DNA from: an uncultured Acidobacteriaceae bacterium
GTDB taxonomy: Bacteria > Acidobacteriota > Terriglobia > Terriglobales > Acidobacteriaceae
DNA length: 64,000 nt
Direction: 5' to 3'
Assembly (NCBI GenBank): GCA_963737665.1
Contig: CAVTTW010000017.1
Span: forward strand, 161,759-225,758
The notes beneath the pieces were generated by a model. It saw only the letters and a list, made by a program, of their open reading frames with translations. It had not been told where the DNA came from and ran no database searches. The position numbers were made by a program, and so were the translations under genes. Shown here in pieces: positions 1 through 11,266 of the stretch. Within the stretch, counting starts at the first letter, position 1. Each line of letters begins with the position of its first letter.

Positions 1-2225
1 ACGTTCACGGTCATGTTGGGATAGTCGAAGGGCTGCTGAATGCGGGCGTCGGCGGCGCCGGGAACATAGCGCACCTCGTCGAGCATGCGCTCGGCGAGGG
101 CGCGGTTGCCATAGAGATTGGGCCCGATGATCTGGATGTCGATGGGCGCGGAGAGGCCGAAGTTGAGGATCTGGGTGACGATGTCGACGGGCAGCACGTA
201 GAAGGTGACGCCCGGGATACTCGCGTGCCAGCACCGCCGCGAAGGTGGTCCACGTACGGCTCGGTGGGGTGGTGCTTCTCGGTCAACTGCACCTGGATGT
301 CGGCGTCGGCGGGCCCAATGGGCGCCGAGGTGGAGTAGGACAGGTTGAGGCCGGAGTAGGGCAGCCCGATGTTGTCGACGATGTTGACGATCTCGTCTGG
401 CCGGAATATGCTGGCGGATGGTGGCATCGATGTGATCGCAGAGCGCGGCGGTCTCTTCGATGCGGGTGCCGGTGCGGGCGCGCACGTGAATCTTGAACTG
501 GCCGGAGTCGACCGAGGGGAAGAAGTCCTGCCCGAGGAAGGGCGCCAGCAGCGCCGACCGACCCGATGGCAAAGACGATGAAGACGACCAGGAACAGCGC
601 CGGCGTGATCGACGCAGAGGGTGAGGAAGCGCAGATAGCCGACGCGGATCTTCTCAAAGCGCGATTCGAAGGCCAAGCTGGAAGCGAACAAAGGGGTTGC
701 GGCTGGAGTGCTTCTTCTCGGCCTCGGCGTCGTCGTGCTCCTTGAGCAGGTAGCGGGCCATGGTGGGAACGACGGTTCGCGAGAGCAGGTAGCTGGCCAG
801 CATGGCGAACACCACGGCTTCGGCCATGGGCACAAACAGGTAGCGCGCCACGCCGCTGAGGAAGAACATGGGCACGAAGACGATGCAGATGGCCAGCGTG
901 GAGACCAGGGCGGGGGTGGCGATCTGCGCGGCGCCGTCGAGGATGGCCTGCTCGATCTCCTTGCCTGATTCGAGGTTGCGGTTGATGTTCTCGATTTCGA
1001 CGGTGGCGTCGTCGACCAGGATGCCGACGGCCAGCGCCAGGCCGCCGAGGGTCATGATGTTGATGGTCTCGTTCAAGGCCGCCAGGGCACGCCAGCGAGC
1101 AGAGGATGGACAGCGGGATGGAGACCGCGATGATGAGGGTCGACCGCCAGCTGCCCAGGAAGACCAGGATCATGATGCCGGTGAGGCAGGCAGCGATGAT
1201 GCGCTTCGCGGACCACGCCGCTGATGGCGCCGCGCACGAAGATGGACTGATCGCTGAGGGCGGCGATCTTCAACTGGGGAGGAAGCCGTCCCTTCAGCAA
1301 CGTCGAGCCTGGAGCGCACGCCCGGAGATGATGTCCAGGGTGGAGGCGGAGCCGGTCTTCATGATGCTCATGAGGATGGCGCGGCTGGCCGTCGACGCGG
1401 ACGATGTTGGTCTGCGGCGGGAATGCCGTCGCGCACGTGGGCCACGTCGCGGACGTAGATCACCGCGCCGTTGACGGTGCGGATGGGCAGGTTATTCAGG
1501 GCTTCGACGACACCGACGGCGCGGAGTTGGTCTCGATCGCGTATTCGAAGCGATCGATCTTCATGGTGCCGGAAGGGACGATCAGGTTCTGCGCGTTGAT
1601 GGCGTTGACCACGTCGCCGGGCGAGAGACCCTTGGCCTGCAGCGCCTGCGGGATCGATATCCACCTGGATCTGGCGCTGCTTGCCGCCATAGGGATAGGG
1701 GGTCTGCGCGCCTTCGACGGTGGCCAGCTGGGTGCGGATGGTGTTGGTGCCGAGATCGTTGAGCTGCTGCTCGCTGAGCCCCTGCCCGGAGAGTCCCAGC
1801 TGCAGCACCGGCACGCTGGAGGCGTTGTACTGGATGATGAAGGGCGGCGTGGTGCCGGGCGGCAGGCTGCGCAGCTGCACCTGGCTGATGGAGGTGACCT
1901 GGGCCACCGCGTTGCCGATGTTGACGTGCGGCTGGAAGAAGATCTTGATGACGGCGATGCCGTTGAGCGACTGCGACTCGATGTGCTCGATGTCGTTGAC
2001 CGTGGTGGTCATGCCGCGTTCGCTGTTGGAGACGATGCGGTTGGCCATCTGATCGGCGGACAGGCCGGTGTACTGCCACACCACCGTGACGACCGGGATA
2101 TCGATGTTGGGAAAAATGTCCGTGGGCATCGTCTCGATGCTGAAGATGCCAAGAATCAGGATCAGAAGCGCAAAAACGACAAAGGTGTAAGGCCGTCGCA
2201 GCGCAAGCCGGACAATCCACATCAT
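1..2225 (-). CDS. RND efflux transporter permease subunit (AcrB/AcrD/AcrF family), runs off window start; several apparent frameshifts
   Basis: N-terminus MWIVRLALRRPYTF..PTDIFPNIDIPVV; later frames give INIMTLGGLALAVGILVDDATVEIEN and IVFVPMFFLSG. The protein is split over ORFs 1368-2225, 1496-1690, 1073-1300, 283-1173, 654-1076 and 11-835. Confidence 0.9.
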
Positions 2226-2593
2226 AGGTCTGTTTCTCGCTCCTGCAGCGGTTCACCGCTCCATAGGTGTTTGCACATTGCGAAATCAAATCCCAGGTAG
2301 AGACTCGGCCTGAGTCGCATACTGGCCGGATGAACGCCTCGGCCACGGGCCCCGAATCGGACATTCGTATGAATCTACTATGGTAGACGAACACCGGGAA
2401 GGATTAAAAACGCGCGCCGATGCGCGCCGCACGCTCACCATCTCCCACCAACTATGAGACGACCTAAGGGCTTGAAATGGCGCAATATTCGCGCGCCGGC
2501 GTCCCGCTATGCAAGTCGCTTCGAGCGGCTCGAACCCCACGCGGTAATGAGAGGGGCTCGGTATGCGGCTTTCGGGCGGTTCCTGCGGACTGT

Positions 2594-4076
2594 TCAGAGC
2601 GCCAGGATGGCAACGACCAGCACGCCGGCTCCCAATACCAGGCTGACACTGTCGCGGATGGCGAAGATGACCGGATCCTCATCCAGTTCCCCGCGGGCGG
2701 CGAGCAGCCAGATGCGGGTGAGCCAGAACAGCAACAGCGGGACCATGAGCCAAAGGCGGCCGGCATGACGGTATAGTTCGGTCACGTCGGGACGCGCGAT
2801 ATAGAGCATCAGCACCACCACCGCCGCGTAGGCGCTGGCCGTTCCAAATGCCCTGATCTGTTCAAGATCCGACACCAGGTAGCCACGCCCATGGCTTGAC
2901 ACCACGCCGCGCTCGCGCAGGTTTTCCAGTTCGCTGAAGCGCTTGACCATGGCCAGGGACAGAAACAGAAAGGTAGAAAAGCCAGCCAGCCAGGGGGAGA
3001 TCTCGGTGTGCGTGGCGGCTCCGCCGGCCAGCATCCTGAGGGTGTACAGGCCGGAAAGCAGCAGCACGTCCACGACCGCGATCCGCTTGAGATAGAGGGA
3101 GTAAGCCATGGTTGCCGCGATGTAGACCAGCAGCCAGAAGGCGAACGCTGCGGATAGCAACGGCAGCAGCGCAGCGGAAGCCGCGATGAGGCCCAGGGCA
3201 AGGACGACGCCCCCCGCCACCGGCAGGTCGCCCGAGGCAAACGGCCGGGACCGCTTGGAGGGATGGCGGCGGTCGCTTTCCATGTCCAGCAGGTCGTTGA
3301 GGAGGTAGTTGGCTGAGGCCATGAAGCTGAAACACAGAAACGCAGCGAACGCTGCCCGCAGAGAAGGCAGGGTCAGCTCGTGCGACATGGCCAGGGGCAG
3401 GAAGAGGAGGAGATTTTTGGACCACTGATGCAGGCGAATGGCCTTGAGCATGCGTGCGCACCAGCGGTTGACGATCGACAAAGGAGCGGGCCACGGGGAT
3501 GTGGCGCAGGCGAAGACCCACGAGCAGTCCCCGGCTGGGATTGGCCAGCATGGCCTCGGTCGCGTTGGCCAGCAGCGGCAGGTCGGCTCTCGAATTGCCG
3601 ATGTAATCGAAGGCGCCAAAGCGTTCTTTGAGCCGAACCAGCTTGCGGCGGCTGGTCAGGTTGGTGGTCGGATCGGTGGCCAGCACCCCGGAGAACATGC
3701 CGAGATGCGCTGCTACGCGCTCGGCGAGGGGGCCGTCGGCACCGGTGGCCAGGTAAAGCAGGCGCCCTTCGCGCCGCTCGGCTTCAAGAAAGCGCAGCAA
3801 TGCGGTGTTATAGGGCAGGCTCGCGGCGTCGATTTCGGTACGCGCGGCGACTTCCGTCTTGAGGTGGGCCTTGCCGCGGCGCAGCCACAGCGGCAGGCGC
3901 CAGAATTCCAGAGGATGGCGGCGGAGGAACTGACACATGCCATCCATCAGGGTGTCGGATTTGACCAGGGTGCCATCGAGATCGACGCACAGCGGCCGCT
4001 GCAACCGGGCGACGGGCGAGGGGGCGGCGTATAGCTCGGCGGTTGCGGCGATGGCGTCGGTCTCAGGCAGTTGCAT
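2594..4076 (-). CDS. HAD-like domain fused to UbiA-family prenyltransferase (decaprenyl-phosphate phosphoribosyltransferase-like); one frameshift near 3470
   Basis: LCVDLDGTLVKSD (HAD motif I) in the 2862-4115 frame; RLHQWSKN, YLLNDLLDMESDRRHPSKRSRP and DEDPVIFA in the 2594-3619 frame. Confidence 0.85.
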
Positions 4077-4261
4077 CCTCGATTTGTGACTTGGTGGGCC
4101 GCACCGCGACCACAAGCCTGAAGGTTAAGACCCTCTCCCGGCGTGCGGGTTGCGGCCAGGCCGGTTCCAATGGAGAAATTGTAAGTCGTTCCAGATTATA
4201 TGGGGCCCTTTGCAGCGAACGTCGAGAGTCAGGCCGCGCCGGGGAAAGCGGGAGGGCCGGC

Positions 4262-5653
4262 TCAATCGAGGTCGAAGATCTTGCCTGGGTTCATGCGGTT
4301 GTCGGGGTCGAGGGTGCGCTTGAGAGCGCGCATGACGTCGAGAGCTTCTCCGTGCTCGGCCTGGAGGTACTTCTTTTTGCCCAGGCCGACGCCGTGTTCT
4401 CCGGTGCAGGTGCCCCCCATGGCCTGGGCGCGTTCCACCAGGCGGGCAGCGAAGGCTTCCGCCTCGGCGGCCTGATCGGGACCAAGCATGCACTGCACAT
4501 GAAAGTTGCCATCCCCGACGTGGCCCACGATGGTGGCGGGAAAGCTGAGCGTGTCGAGGTCGGCGCGGGTGTCGACGATGCAGTCGGCAAGCCGGGAGAT
4601 GGGGACACAGACATCGGTCGTCAGCACATCGGAGCCGGGGCGCAGGGCGCGGGCAGCATAGTAGACGTCGTGGCGGGCCTTCCAGAGGCGCTCGCGACCG
4701 GCGGAGGTCGTCTCCCAAGCGAAGCCGAGGCCGCCGTGTTCGGCGGCGAGTTGCTCGGCGAGGCGTGCGGTTTCAGCCACGGCCGCCTCGCTCAGGCCGT
4801 GGAACTCGAACAGCAGCGTGGGGTGAACGGGCAGTTCGAGGCGCGAGTAGCGATTGATGGCGGCCACCAGGCGGTCATCCATAAACTCGATGCGGGCCAC
4901 GGGGAGGCCGAGCTGGATGGCTTCGATGACCGTGTTGACCGCGCCATCGATGGTGGCAAAGGCGCAGGAGGCCACTCCTACCGCCTCGGGCAGCGCGTGG
5001 AGGCGCAGAGTGACCTCGGTGATGACGCCCAGTGTGCCTTCGGCGCCGACAAAGAGGCGGGTGAGATCGTAACCGGCGCTGGATTTGCGGGCGCGGGTGC
5101 CGGTATGGATCACGCGCCCGTCGGCCAGAACCACGGTGAGGCCGAGAACGTTTTCGCGCATGGTGCCATAACGAACCGCCGTGGTCCCGGAGGCGCGGGT
5201 CGAGGCCATGCCGCCGAGAGTGGCGTCGGCGCCGGGATCGATGAAGAAGGTCAGGCCGGTATTGTCGAGCGCCGTCACGAGCTGAGTGCGGCTGACGCCG
5301 GCCTCGACCGTGGCGTCGAGGTCTTCCACGCTGACGCGGAGAACGCGGTTCATCTGCCGCATGTCCAGACAGATGCCTCCCCGGACGGCGTGCACGTGGC
5401 CCTCGAGCGAAGTGCCGGCGCCGAAGGGAACCACAGGAAGCCGGTGACGGGCACTGACGGTGAGAATCTGGCTGACCTCTGCCGTGGTTCGGGGGAAGCA
5501 GACCAGGTCGGGCAGGCCGGGCGGGTGCGTGCTTTCGCCGTGGCTGTGATGTTCGCGCGTAGCCTGAGCGGCGGTGACGCGATCGCCCAGCAATGCCTGC
5601 AGGTCGAAGAACGCGGATTCGATTGCGGAAGAGGCAGCGAGTTGGGATTCCAT
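4262..5653 (-). CDS. FAD-linked oxidoreductase, D-lactate dehydrogenase/GlcD family
   Basis: PFGAGTSLEG, DPGADATLGGM, SSAGYDLT, GHVGDGNFH, GEHGVGLGK and LDPDNRMNPGK motifs. Confidence 0.9.
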   Translation of the reverse strand: MESQLAASSAIESAFFDLQALLGDRVTAAQATREHHSHGESTHPPGLPDLVCFPRTTAEVSQILTVSARHRLPVVPFGAGTSLEGHVHAVRGGICLDMRQMNRVLRVSVEDLDATVEAGVSRTQLVTALDNTGLTFFIDPGADATLGGMASTRASGTTAVRYGTMRENVLGLTVVLADGRVIHTGTRARKSSAGYDLTRLFVGAEGTLGVITEVTLRLHALPEAVGVASCAFATIDGAVNTVIEAIQLGLPVARIEFMDDRLVAAINRYSRLELPVHPTLLFEFHGLSEAAVAETARLAEQLAAEHGGLGFAWETTSAGRERLWKARHDVYYAARALRPGSDVLTTDVCVPISRLADCIVDTRADLDTLSFPATIVGHVGDGNFHVQCMLGPDQAAEAEAFAARLVERAQAMGGTCTGEHGVGLGKKKYLQAEHGEALDVMRALKRTLDPDNRMNPGKIFDLD

Positions 5654-5771
5654 AAGGGCCAGCCTGTGATGGTGATAATAATCGCCTGCACCATCGGCAG
5701 GTTGAAGCGCACTCGATGGCTCCCAGGCGCAGGGCCATCGAGTATAGTCAATCCGTGATTCAAGGGAGGTC

Positions 5772-6773
5772 GTGCAGGTGTTAACTCACAGGGCAGTTTC
5801 GTTGATGGTTTTGTCGCTGACGGCGTCGGCGGCGCTGGGGCAAAAAGGCCTGTTACTGGTGGCGCAGAAGGGCGACCAGAGCCTGGCGATCGTCGATCCG
5901 CAGGCAGGCAAGGTGATCGTTTCGGTGCCCGAGGGCGGCAATACCGGGCACGAGGTGACGGCGTCTCCTGACGGGCGGCTCGCCTATGTGCCGATCTACG
6001 GCAACTCCGGGGTGGGGAAGCCGGGCACCGATGGGCACAACATGGTGGTGATCGACCTGGCCTCGCACAAGGTGGTCGGCAACGTGGATTTCGGTCACGG
6101 GGTCCGGCCGCACGATCCCGTCTTCGGTCCCAAGGACGGGATGCTCTACGTGACCACGGAGCTGGATAAGACGGTGTCGGTCATCGATCCCAAAACACTG
6201 AAGATTGCCGGAACCATTCCAACCGGGCAACCGGAGAGCCACATGCTCATCCTCTCCCACGACGGGCGGCGCGGGTACACGGCCAACGTGGGCCCGGGCA
6301 CGGTTTCGGTGCTCGATATGCAGGCCCGCAAGATGCTGAAGATCATTCCCGTGTCGAAGAACACGCAGCGCATCTCGATCTCGGCCGATGACCGCTGGGT
6401 ATTTACCGCCGACCAGACCAGCCCGCGCATGGCGGTGATCGATACCGTGGCCGGCGCGGTGAAGACGTGGATTCCGATGGACGGGATGGGCTACGGCAGC
6501 ACGCCAACGCTGGATGGCAAATGGCTGCTGGTAGCCATCGAGTCAAAGAACCAGGTGGCCGTGATCGACCTGAACGCGATGAAGGTGGCGCGCTACATCG
6601 ATGTCTGCGGCGATCCGCAGGAAGTGGTGATGAATCCTGACGGGAAAACTGCGTATGTGAGCTGCATGTCCGCGGACAAGGTGGCGGAGATGGACCTGGC
6701 GAGCGGCAAAGTGACACGGGAGATCGCGACCGGGAAGTCGACCGACGGTCTGGCGTGGGCGGCAGCGCACTAA
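5772..6773 (+). CDS. Secreted YVTN/YncE-type beta-propeller protein
   Basis: Signal peptide; repeated SPDG..AYV / VSVID blades; SD AGGGAGG upstream. Confidence 0.8.
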   Translation: MQVLTHRAVSLMVLSLTASAALGQKGLLLVAQKGDQSLAIVDPQAGKVIVSVPEGGNTGHEVTASPDGRLAYVPIYGNSGVGKPGTDGHNMVVIDLASHKVVGNVDFGHGVRPHDPVFGPKDGMLYVTTELDKTVSVIDPKTLKIAGTIPTGQPESHMLILSHDGRRGYTANVGPGTVSVLDMQARKMLKIIPVSKNTQRISISADDRWVFTADQTSPRMAVIDTVAGAVKTWIPMDGMGYGSTPTLDGKWLLVAIESKNQVAVIDLNAMKVARYIDVCGDPQEVVMNPDGKTAYVSCMSADKVAEMDLASGKVTREIATGKSTDGLAWAAAH

Positions 6774-6798
6774 AACGCTGATCCTGTTGGCGATAACG

Positions 6799-7239
6799 TC
6801 AGGGGCGCTGATCGGGGGGCGCCGGCTTGCCCAGCGCGGCTTGCGGTGGTCGTGACCGCGAAGGTTGTTCCGGTTCGGAGCGAGGAACTTGCGCGAGCCT
6901 CTCGGCCTCGAGGCCCGCGATCCGTTTTTCCAGGCGCGCGATGGCTTCGCGGTCGTGCGCGAGAATTGCGCCGGCCTGGGTGTTGCCGGTGAGTTGCTGG
7001 ATGCGCTGCTGATGGGAGTTGATCAGGATGCGCAACTGCTTTGGCGAGTCCCAGTACTGCTTTTCGATCTGAGGCTCGCGCGACTCGGCCTCGTGCAATT
7101 GCGAATCGAGCTGGGCCTGCGCGGACTGGAGCGGTCCCGGCGTCGTGACAATGGGATCGCTCTCGGCGCGCCACACGTTGTATCCCAGGATTGCCGCGAG
7201 AATGGCCAGGAGGCCGACCGCGATTGCAAGGATCTTCAT
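6799..7239 (-). CDS. Hypothetical protein with N-terminal membrane anchor and coiled coil
   Basis: MKILAIAVGLLAILAAILG followed by a helical Q/E/R-rich body; lies directly downstream of the E2 gene. Confidence 0.6.
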   Translation of the reverse strand: MKILAIAVGLLAILAAILGYNVWRAESDPIVTTPGPLQSAQAQLDSQLHEAESREPQIEKQYWDSPKQLRILINSHQQRIQQLTGNTQAGAILAHDREAIARLEKRIAGLEAERLAQVPRSEPEQPSRSRPPQAALGKPAPPDQRP

Positions 7240-7273
7240 CGCCCCGTCCCAGTGTACCGCCGCAACGAAAGGC

Positions 7274-8994
7274 TCAGGCCAGGTCCCGATCCCAGGTTTC
7301 GAGGGTTTTCTGCACCGCGAGCATGAACCTGCCGGCGTCGGCGCCGTCGATGATGCGGTGATCGAAGCCCAGGCAGAACTGCTGCATGGAGCGGATGGCG
7401 ATGGTGTCGTTGCCTTCGGAATCGGTGAGCACGACCGGCTCCTTGCGCAGTCCTCCGATGGCGAGGATGGCGGCTTCCGGCTGATTGATGATGGGTGTGC
7501 CGTACTCGCCGCCAAAGACCCCGGAGTTGGTCAGCGTGAACGTCGACCCGGAGGCTTCTTCCGGCTTGAGCCGCTTGCTGCGGGCACGCTCGGCCAGGTC
7601 GGCGATGGCGCGGGCGAGGCCGAGGAAGCTGCGGTTCTCCGCGCCGATGACCACGGGCACGATCAGTCCCCATTCGAGCGCCACCGCAATGCCCAAATGG
7701 ACGTTCTGGTGGTAGCGGATGGCGTTGCCCTCGATCGATGCGTTGAGGATGGGGAACTTCTGCAGCGCTTCAACCACCGCCGCCGCGATGAACGGCATGT
7801 AAGTCAACTTGACCCCATTGCGCTGCTCGAAGCCGAACTTTTCGCGCTCGCGCAGGCGGGCGATGCGGGTCATGTCGATTTTGTAGACGGAGTAGGCGTG
7901 GGGGCTGGTGCGGCGGCTCTCGACCATGCGCTGGGCAATGATGCTGCGCATGCGCGACATCGGCACCAGCACCTCCGGTGCGGGTGGCGTTTTGGGTGGT
8001 GGCGCACCGGGGGCGGTTGTGGCGGCTGCGGGCATCACGGTCGATGGTGTCCTGGGCACGTGGGCAGGAGTTGGTGGCGCAGCCAAAGGTTCTGCGGAGC
8101 CGCGCTGCTCCATGTGGCGGAGCACATCTTCCTTGGTAATGCGGCCGTTGGAGCCGGTGCCGGAGATGCGGGACAGGTCGAGATGGTTCTCTTTGGCCAT
8201 GCGGCGGACGAGGGGGGAGGAGCGAAGTCCCTCTGTACGTACCGAAGGTGCCGGCTGGGCGTCTTCGGCGGGCGGCGGGATTGACGCCGGCGACGGGGGT
8301 GCGGCGGCACGAGCTTCTGTCGCGGCCGACTCGGATGCGCTGTCCTGCTTCTGCGGGGCTCCGTCGGGCTGTGCGACAAGCAGCTTCGCCGCCGATGATC
8401 GCTACCACCGTATTGATCTGGACGGTCGCGCCTTCGGGGGTCTTGATCTCGGTGAGAATTCCGGAGACGGGCGCGGGAATCTCGGCGTCTACCTTGTCGG
8501 TGGAGATCTCAAAGAGCGCTTCATCCCTTTGCACCGCGTCGCCGGCCTTCTTGAGCCACTTGGTAATGGTGCCCTCGAAGATGGACTCCCCCATCTGCGG
8601 CATCACCACCTCCACCCCTGCGCTGCGGCACCTGCGGTGCGGCTGACTGTGGCTTCGCCGGCACCTGCGGTGCGGCTGGCTGCGCCTGCGGCGCCTTCTC
8701 TGCTGAAGGCGACTTCGGCGTGGGCGATTTCGCGGGTGTGGCGGAGCCGGCCGAGGCGGCTTCAGAAACAACGGCTACCACGGAGTTGATACCGACCGTC
8801 TCCCCTTCGTGGACTTTGATCTCGGAGAGCACGCCGGCTACGGGGGAGGGGATCTCGGCATCGACCTTGTCGGTGGAGATTTCAAACAGGGGCTCGTCTT
8901 TGTCGACGGCATCTCCTGCCTTCTTCAGCCACTTGGTAATAGTGCCCTCAAAGATCGACTCGCCCATCTGGGGCATGACCACGTCGGTTGGCAT
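7274..8994 (-). CDS. sucB: 2-oxo-acid dehydrogenase E2 (dihydrolipoamide succinyltransferase-like) with two lipoyl domains; frameshifted
   Basis: Two copies of VVMPQMGESIFEGTITKWLKK..EISTDKVDAEIP; E3-binding GTGSNGRITKEDV; catalytic FDHRIIDGADA. Confidence 0.85.
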
Positions 8995-9129
8995 GAATGG
9001 TTCACTCCGGTATGCGGGACGCGCAGACCCGCCCCGCCCCAGCGGGATTATAAATCGCGGGGCGTGACCGGGGGCGGCGGGGAAGTCTCTTGTGCGGGAC
9101 TCAGGCGGCAGCGGCGGACCGGCTCGTTC

Positions 9130-10008
9130 TCAGGCTTGCGCGGGACGGTCCTTCGCATCCTTGAGCCGCTCGACTTCGGGTGGAACCTGCAGCGGGGTGT
9201 CCTGGGCGGGAAAGCGAGTTGGAGCCGCGTCTGGCTGAGGGGGAGCGGCAGGCCGCTCTGCGGCGGCAGCACGGAACGCTTCGAGGCTCTCCAGCGCGAC
9301 GACCGGCTGGCTAAAGACGCTGCCGAACTGGCGCGCGGCCTGGTAGGCGATGGCTTCAAGTCCGGGAAGATGGCCGGGGTCCGGAACTTCGCGCTCCAGG
9401 CTGGTCACGGGCCGGTCGGTGATGCCGCAGGGGTTGATGAGGCGGAAGTTATTCAGGTCCGTGGTCACGTTGAAGGCGAAGCCGTGGGAGGTGATGCCGC
9501 GGGAGACATGGATCCCGATCGCGCCGATCTTTCCCCCTGCCCCTGCGGGGGGCAGACCTTGGGATGGGGGTTCAGGGTGGGGAAGGCCGCACCATACCCC
9601 GGTAAGGCCGGCGATGCGGCCCGCGCGCACGCCATAGACGGCGCAAAGGCGGATGAGCGCCTCTTCCATCTGGCGCACGAAGTCAACCGGACCCATGCGG
9701 CCGCCGGAGCCGGAGCGAAGACTGCGCAGGTCAAAGATGGGGTAGCCGACCAGCTGACCCGGGCCGTGGTAGGTCACGTCGCCGCCGCGGTTGATGGCGT
9801 GCAGGGTGATGGCGCGCGAGGCAAGCAGTTCGTCGGAGGCCAGGACGTTGCTGCGGTTGGCGTTGCGGCCCAGGGTCAGCACGGGCGGGTGTTCGAGCAG
9901 CAGCAGGGTGTTGTCGATCCGGCCCTGATACCGGAGTTCGACGAGCTCGGCCTGCAGTGCCAGGGCCTGGTCATAGCCGGTGCGCCCGAGATAGAGGTAC
10001 TGAATCAC
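9130..10008 (-). CDS. lipB: Lipoyl(octanoyl) transferase
   Basis: LLLEHPPVLTLG, RGGDVTYHGPGQLVGYPI, KIGAIG, HGFAFN and INPCG motifs; adjacent to the E2 gene. Confidence 0.95.
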   Translation of the reverse strand: MIQYLYLGRTGYDQALALQAELVELRYQGRIDNTLLLLEHPPVLTLGRNANRSNVLASDELLASRAITLHAINRGGDVTYHGPGQLVGYPIFDLRSLRSGSGGRMGPVDFVRQMEEALIRLCAVYGVRAGRIAGLTGVWCGLPHPEPPSQGLPPAGAGGKIGAIGIHVSRGITSHGFAFNVTTDLNNFRLINPCGITDRPVTSLEREVPDPGHLPGLEAIAYQAARQFGSVFSQPVVALESLEAFRAAAAERPAAPPQPDAAPTRFPAQDTPLQVPPEVERLKDAKDRPAQA

Positions 10009-10043
10009 GACTCTCTCGATTGTAGTCGCGCAGCAAGAAGGCT

Positions 10044-10439
10044 TCAGGGCCGCTCTTCAGGGGCCCGGGCCATCAAGATGCCGTGGAATGCGGGGTGGAA
10101 GCGCCAGAAGACCAGGAACCACAGGATCGTGACAACCAGCCCTGGGACGATGCCCTCCGGGTTCATGGTGATGTGAAACAAGAGGATGTTGAAGATGATG
10201 GGCGCGAGAATGGTAAGCGCCAGGGGCACATAGCGGCCGACGAGCAGGAACAGGCCGGAAACCACCTGGAGGAACCCGACCACGTGAATGTAGTGCGTGG
10301 CGAACATGGCGCCGGAGAAGTTGGCCATGGGGCCGGGAGGCATGGGCGGCGTGGGCAGGAAGTGAATGAGGATATTGCTGCCGAAGAACACGAAAATCAA
10401 GCCCAGCAGGATGCGGGCGATCATGGATACGACTCTCAT
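10044..10439 (-). CDS. DoxX-family membrane protein
   Basis: ARILLGLIFVFFG...LALTILAPIIFNILLFH; about four hydrophobic helices; SD AGAGGAGG. Confidence 0.75.
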   Translation of the reverse strand: MRVVSMIARILLGLIFVFFGSNILIHFLPTPPMPPGPMANFSGAMFATHYIHVVGFLQVVSGLFLLVGRYVPLALTILAPIIFNILLFHITMNPEGIVPGLVVTILWFLVFWRFHPAFHGILMARAPEERP

Positions 10440-10624
10440 CAGTCCTCCTCTGGTCGGGGCAAAAAACGATATTCCGAGGCGCGTTTTCGGTCGCGCGGAT
10501 ACTGCGGAAGCACTGCGTGTTAAGTATGACGACTTCGCCGGCGCCGCCGATTCAAAAACGGCACGATCCGATCAGTTTGGGGGGCTTGGGACGGCCAACG
10601 CATTTCGCAGTTAAACTAAGGGCT

Positions 10625-11113
10625 GGCAGGAGGACCGGGCGGTCGCTGCCGGTTGCGGCGCGCAAGCGCATGCGGCCGGGGGAGGAAAGTCCGAACTCCG
10701 CAGGGCAGTGTGCCGGATAACGTCCGGGACGCGGGCTTCAAAGCCCGTGGACGGCCAGTGCCACAGAAAAGATACCGCCTCGGCTACCCCTCCTTTGGAG
10801 GGCGACCCTGGGACAGCTTGCTGGCCCGGTGCCGGGGTAAGGGTGAAATGGTGCGGTAAGAGCGCACCGCTCCGGCCGTGAGGCCGGGGGCAGGGTAAAC
10901 CCCACACGGAGCAAGACCAAATAGGGAGGGATACGCGAGCCCGGAGCAAGGCTCGTGTGCGGTGCCTGCCCGGCGCCGCAAGGCTGCTCCAGCGCTGGTC
11001 ACTCGGCGCAACGGCCGGAACCTCCGGGTAGGTCGCTGATGAGTGTCCGCGGCAACGCGGCGCCTAGAGGAATGACCGCACACGACAGAATTCGGCTTAC
11101 AGGTCCTTTTGCC
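10625..11113 (+). ncRNA. rnpB: RNase P RNA, class A
   Basis: Conserved GAGGAAAGTCCGAACT, CCACAGAAA, GGGTGAAATGGTGCGGTAAGAGCGCACC, GGTAAACCCC..GGAGCAAG and ACAGAATTCGGCTTA; P1 pairs GGCAGGAGGACC with GGTCCTTTTGCC. Confidence 0.97.
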
Positions 11114-11162
11114 GAATTTCAAGATCCTCAACGAGGCGTTGAGGTCCGAGCAGCACCAAAGA

Positions 11163-11202
11163 CAGCCCCGTCCGGAGATCCCGGGCGGGGCTGGCCATTT
11201 TG
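11163..11202. terminator. Probable intrinsic terminator between rnpB and the convergent FG-GAP gene
   Basis: Hairpin CAGCCCCGTCCGG/CCGGGCGGGGCTG followed by ATTTT. Confidence 0.55.
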
Positions 11203-11266
11203 TAGCGAGACTTGCGCGCTCGCCGGGTCACCTGCTCCAAACGAAGCACCCCGACGAGACCGCAAG

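Noticed and set aside
4043-5758. 571-aa plus-strand ORF
   Set aside because: Antisense shadow of the FAD oxidoreductase; typical of high-GC DNA and has no motifs.
8380-8994. Duplicated DNA blocks and a 33-bp-period repeat in the E2 gene
   Set aside because: Explained by two lipoyl domains and an AAPQVP linker repeat, normal for E2 subunits.
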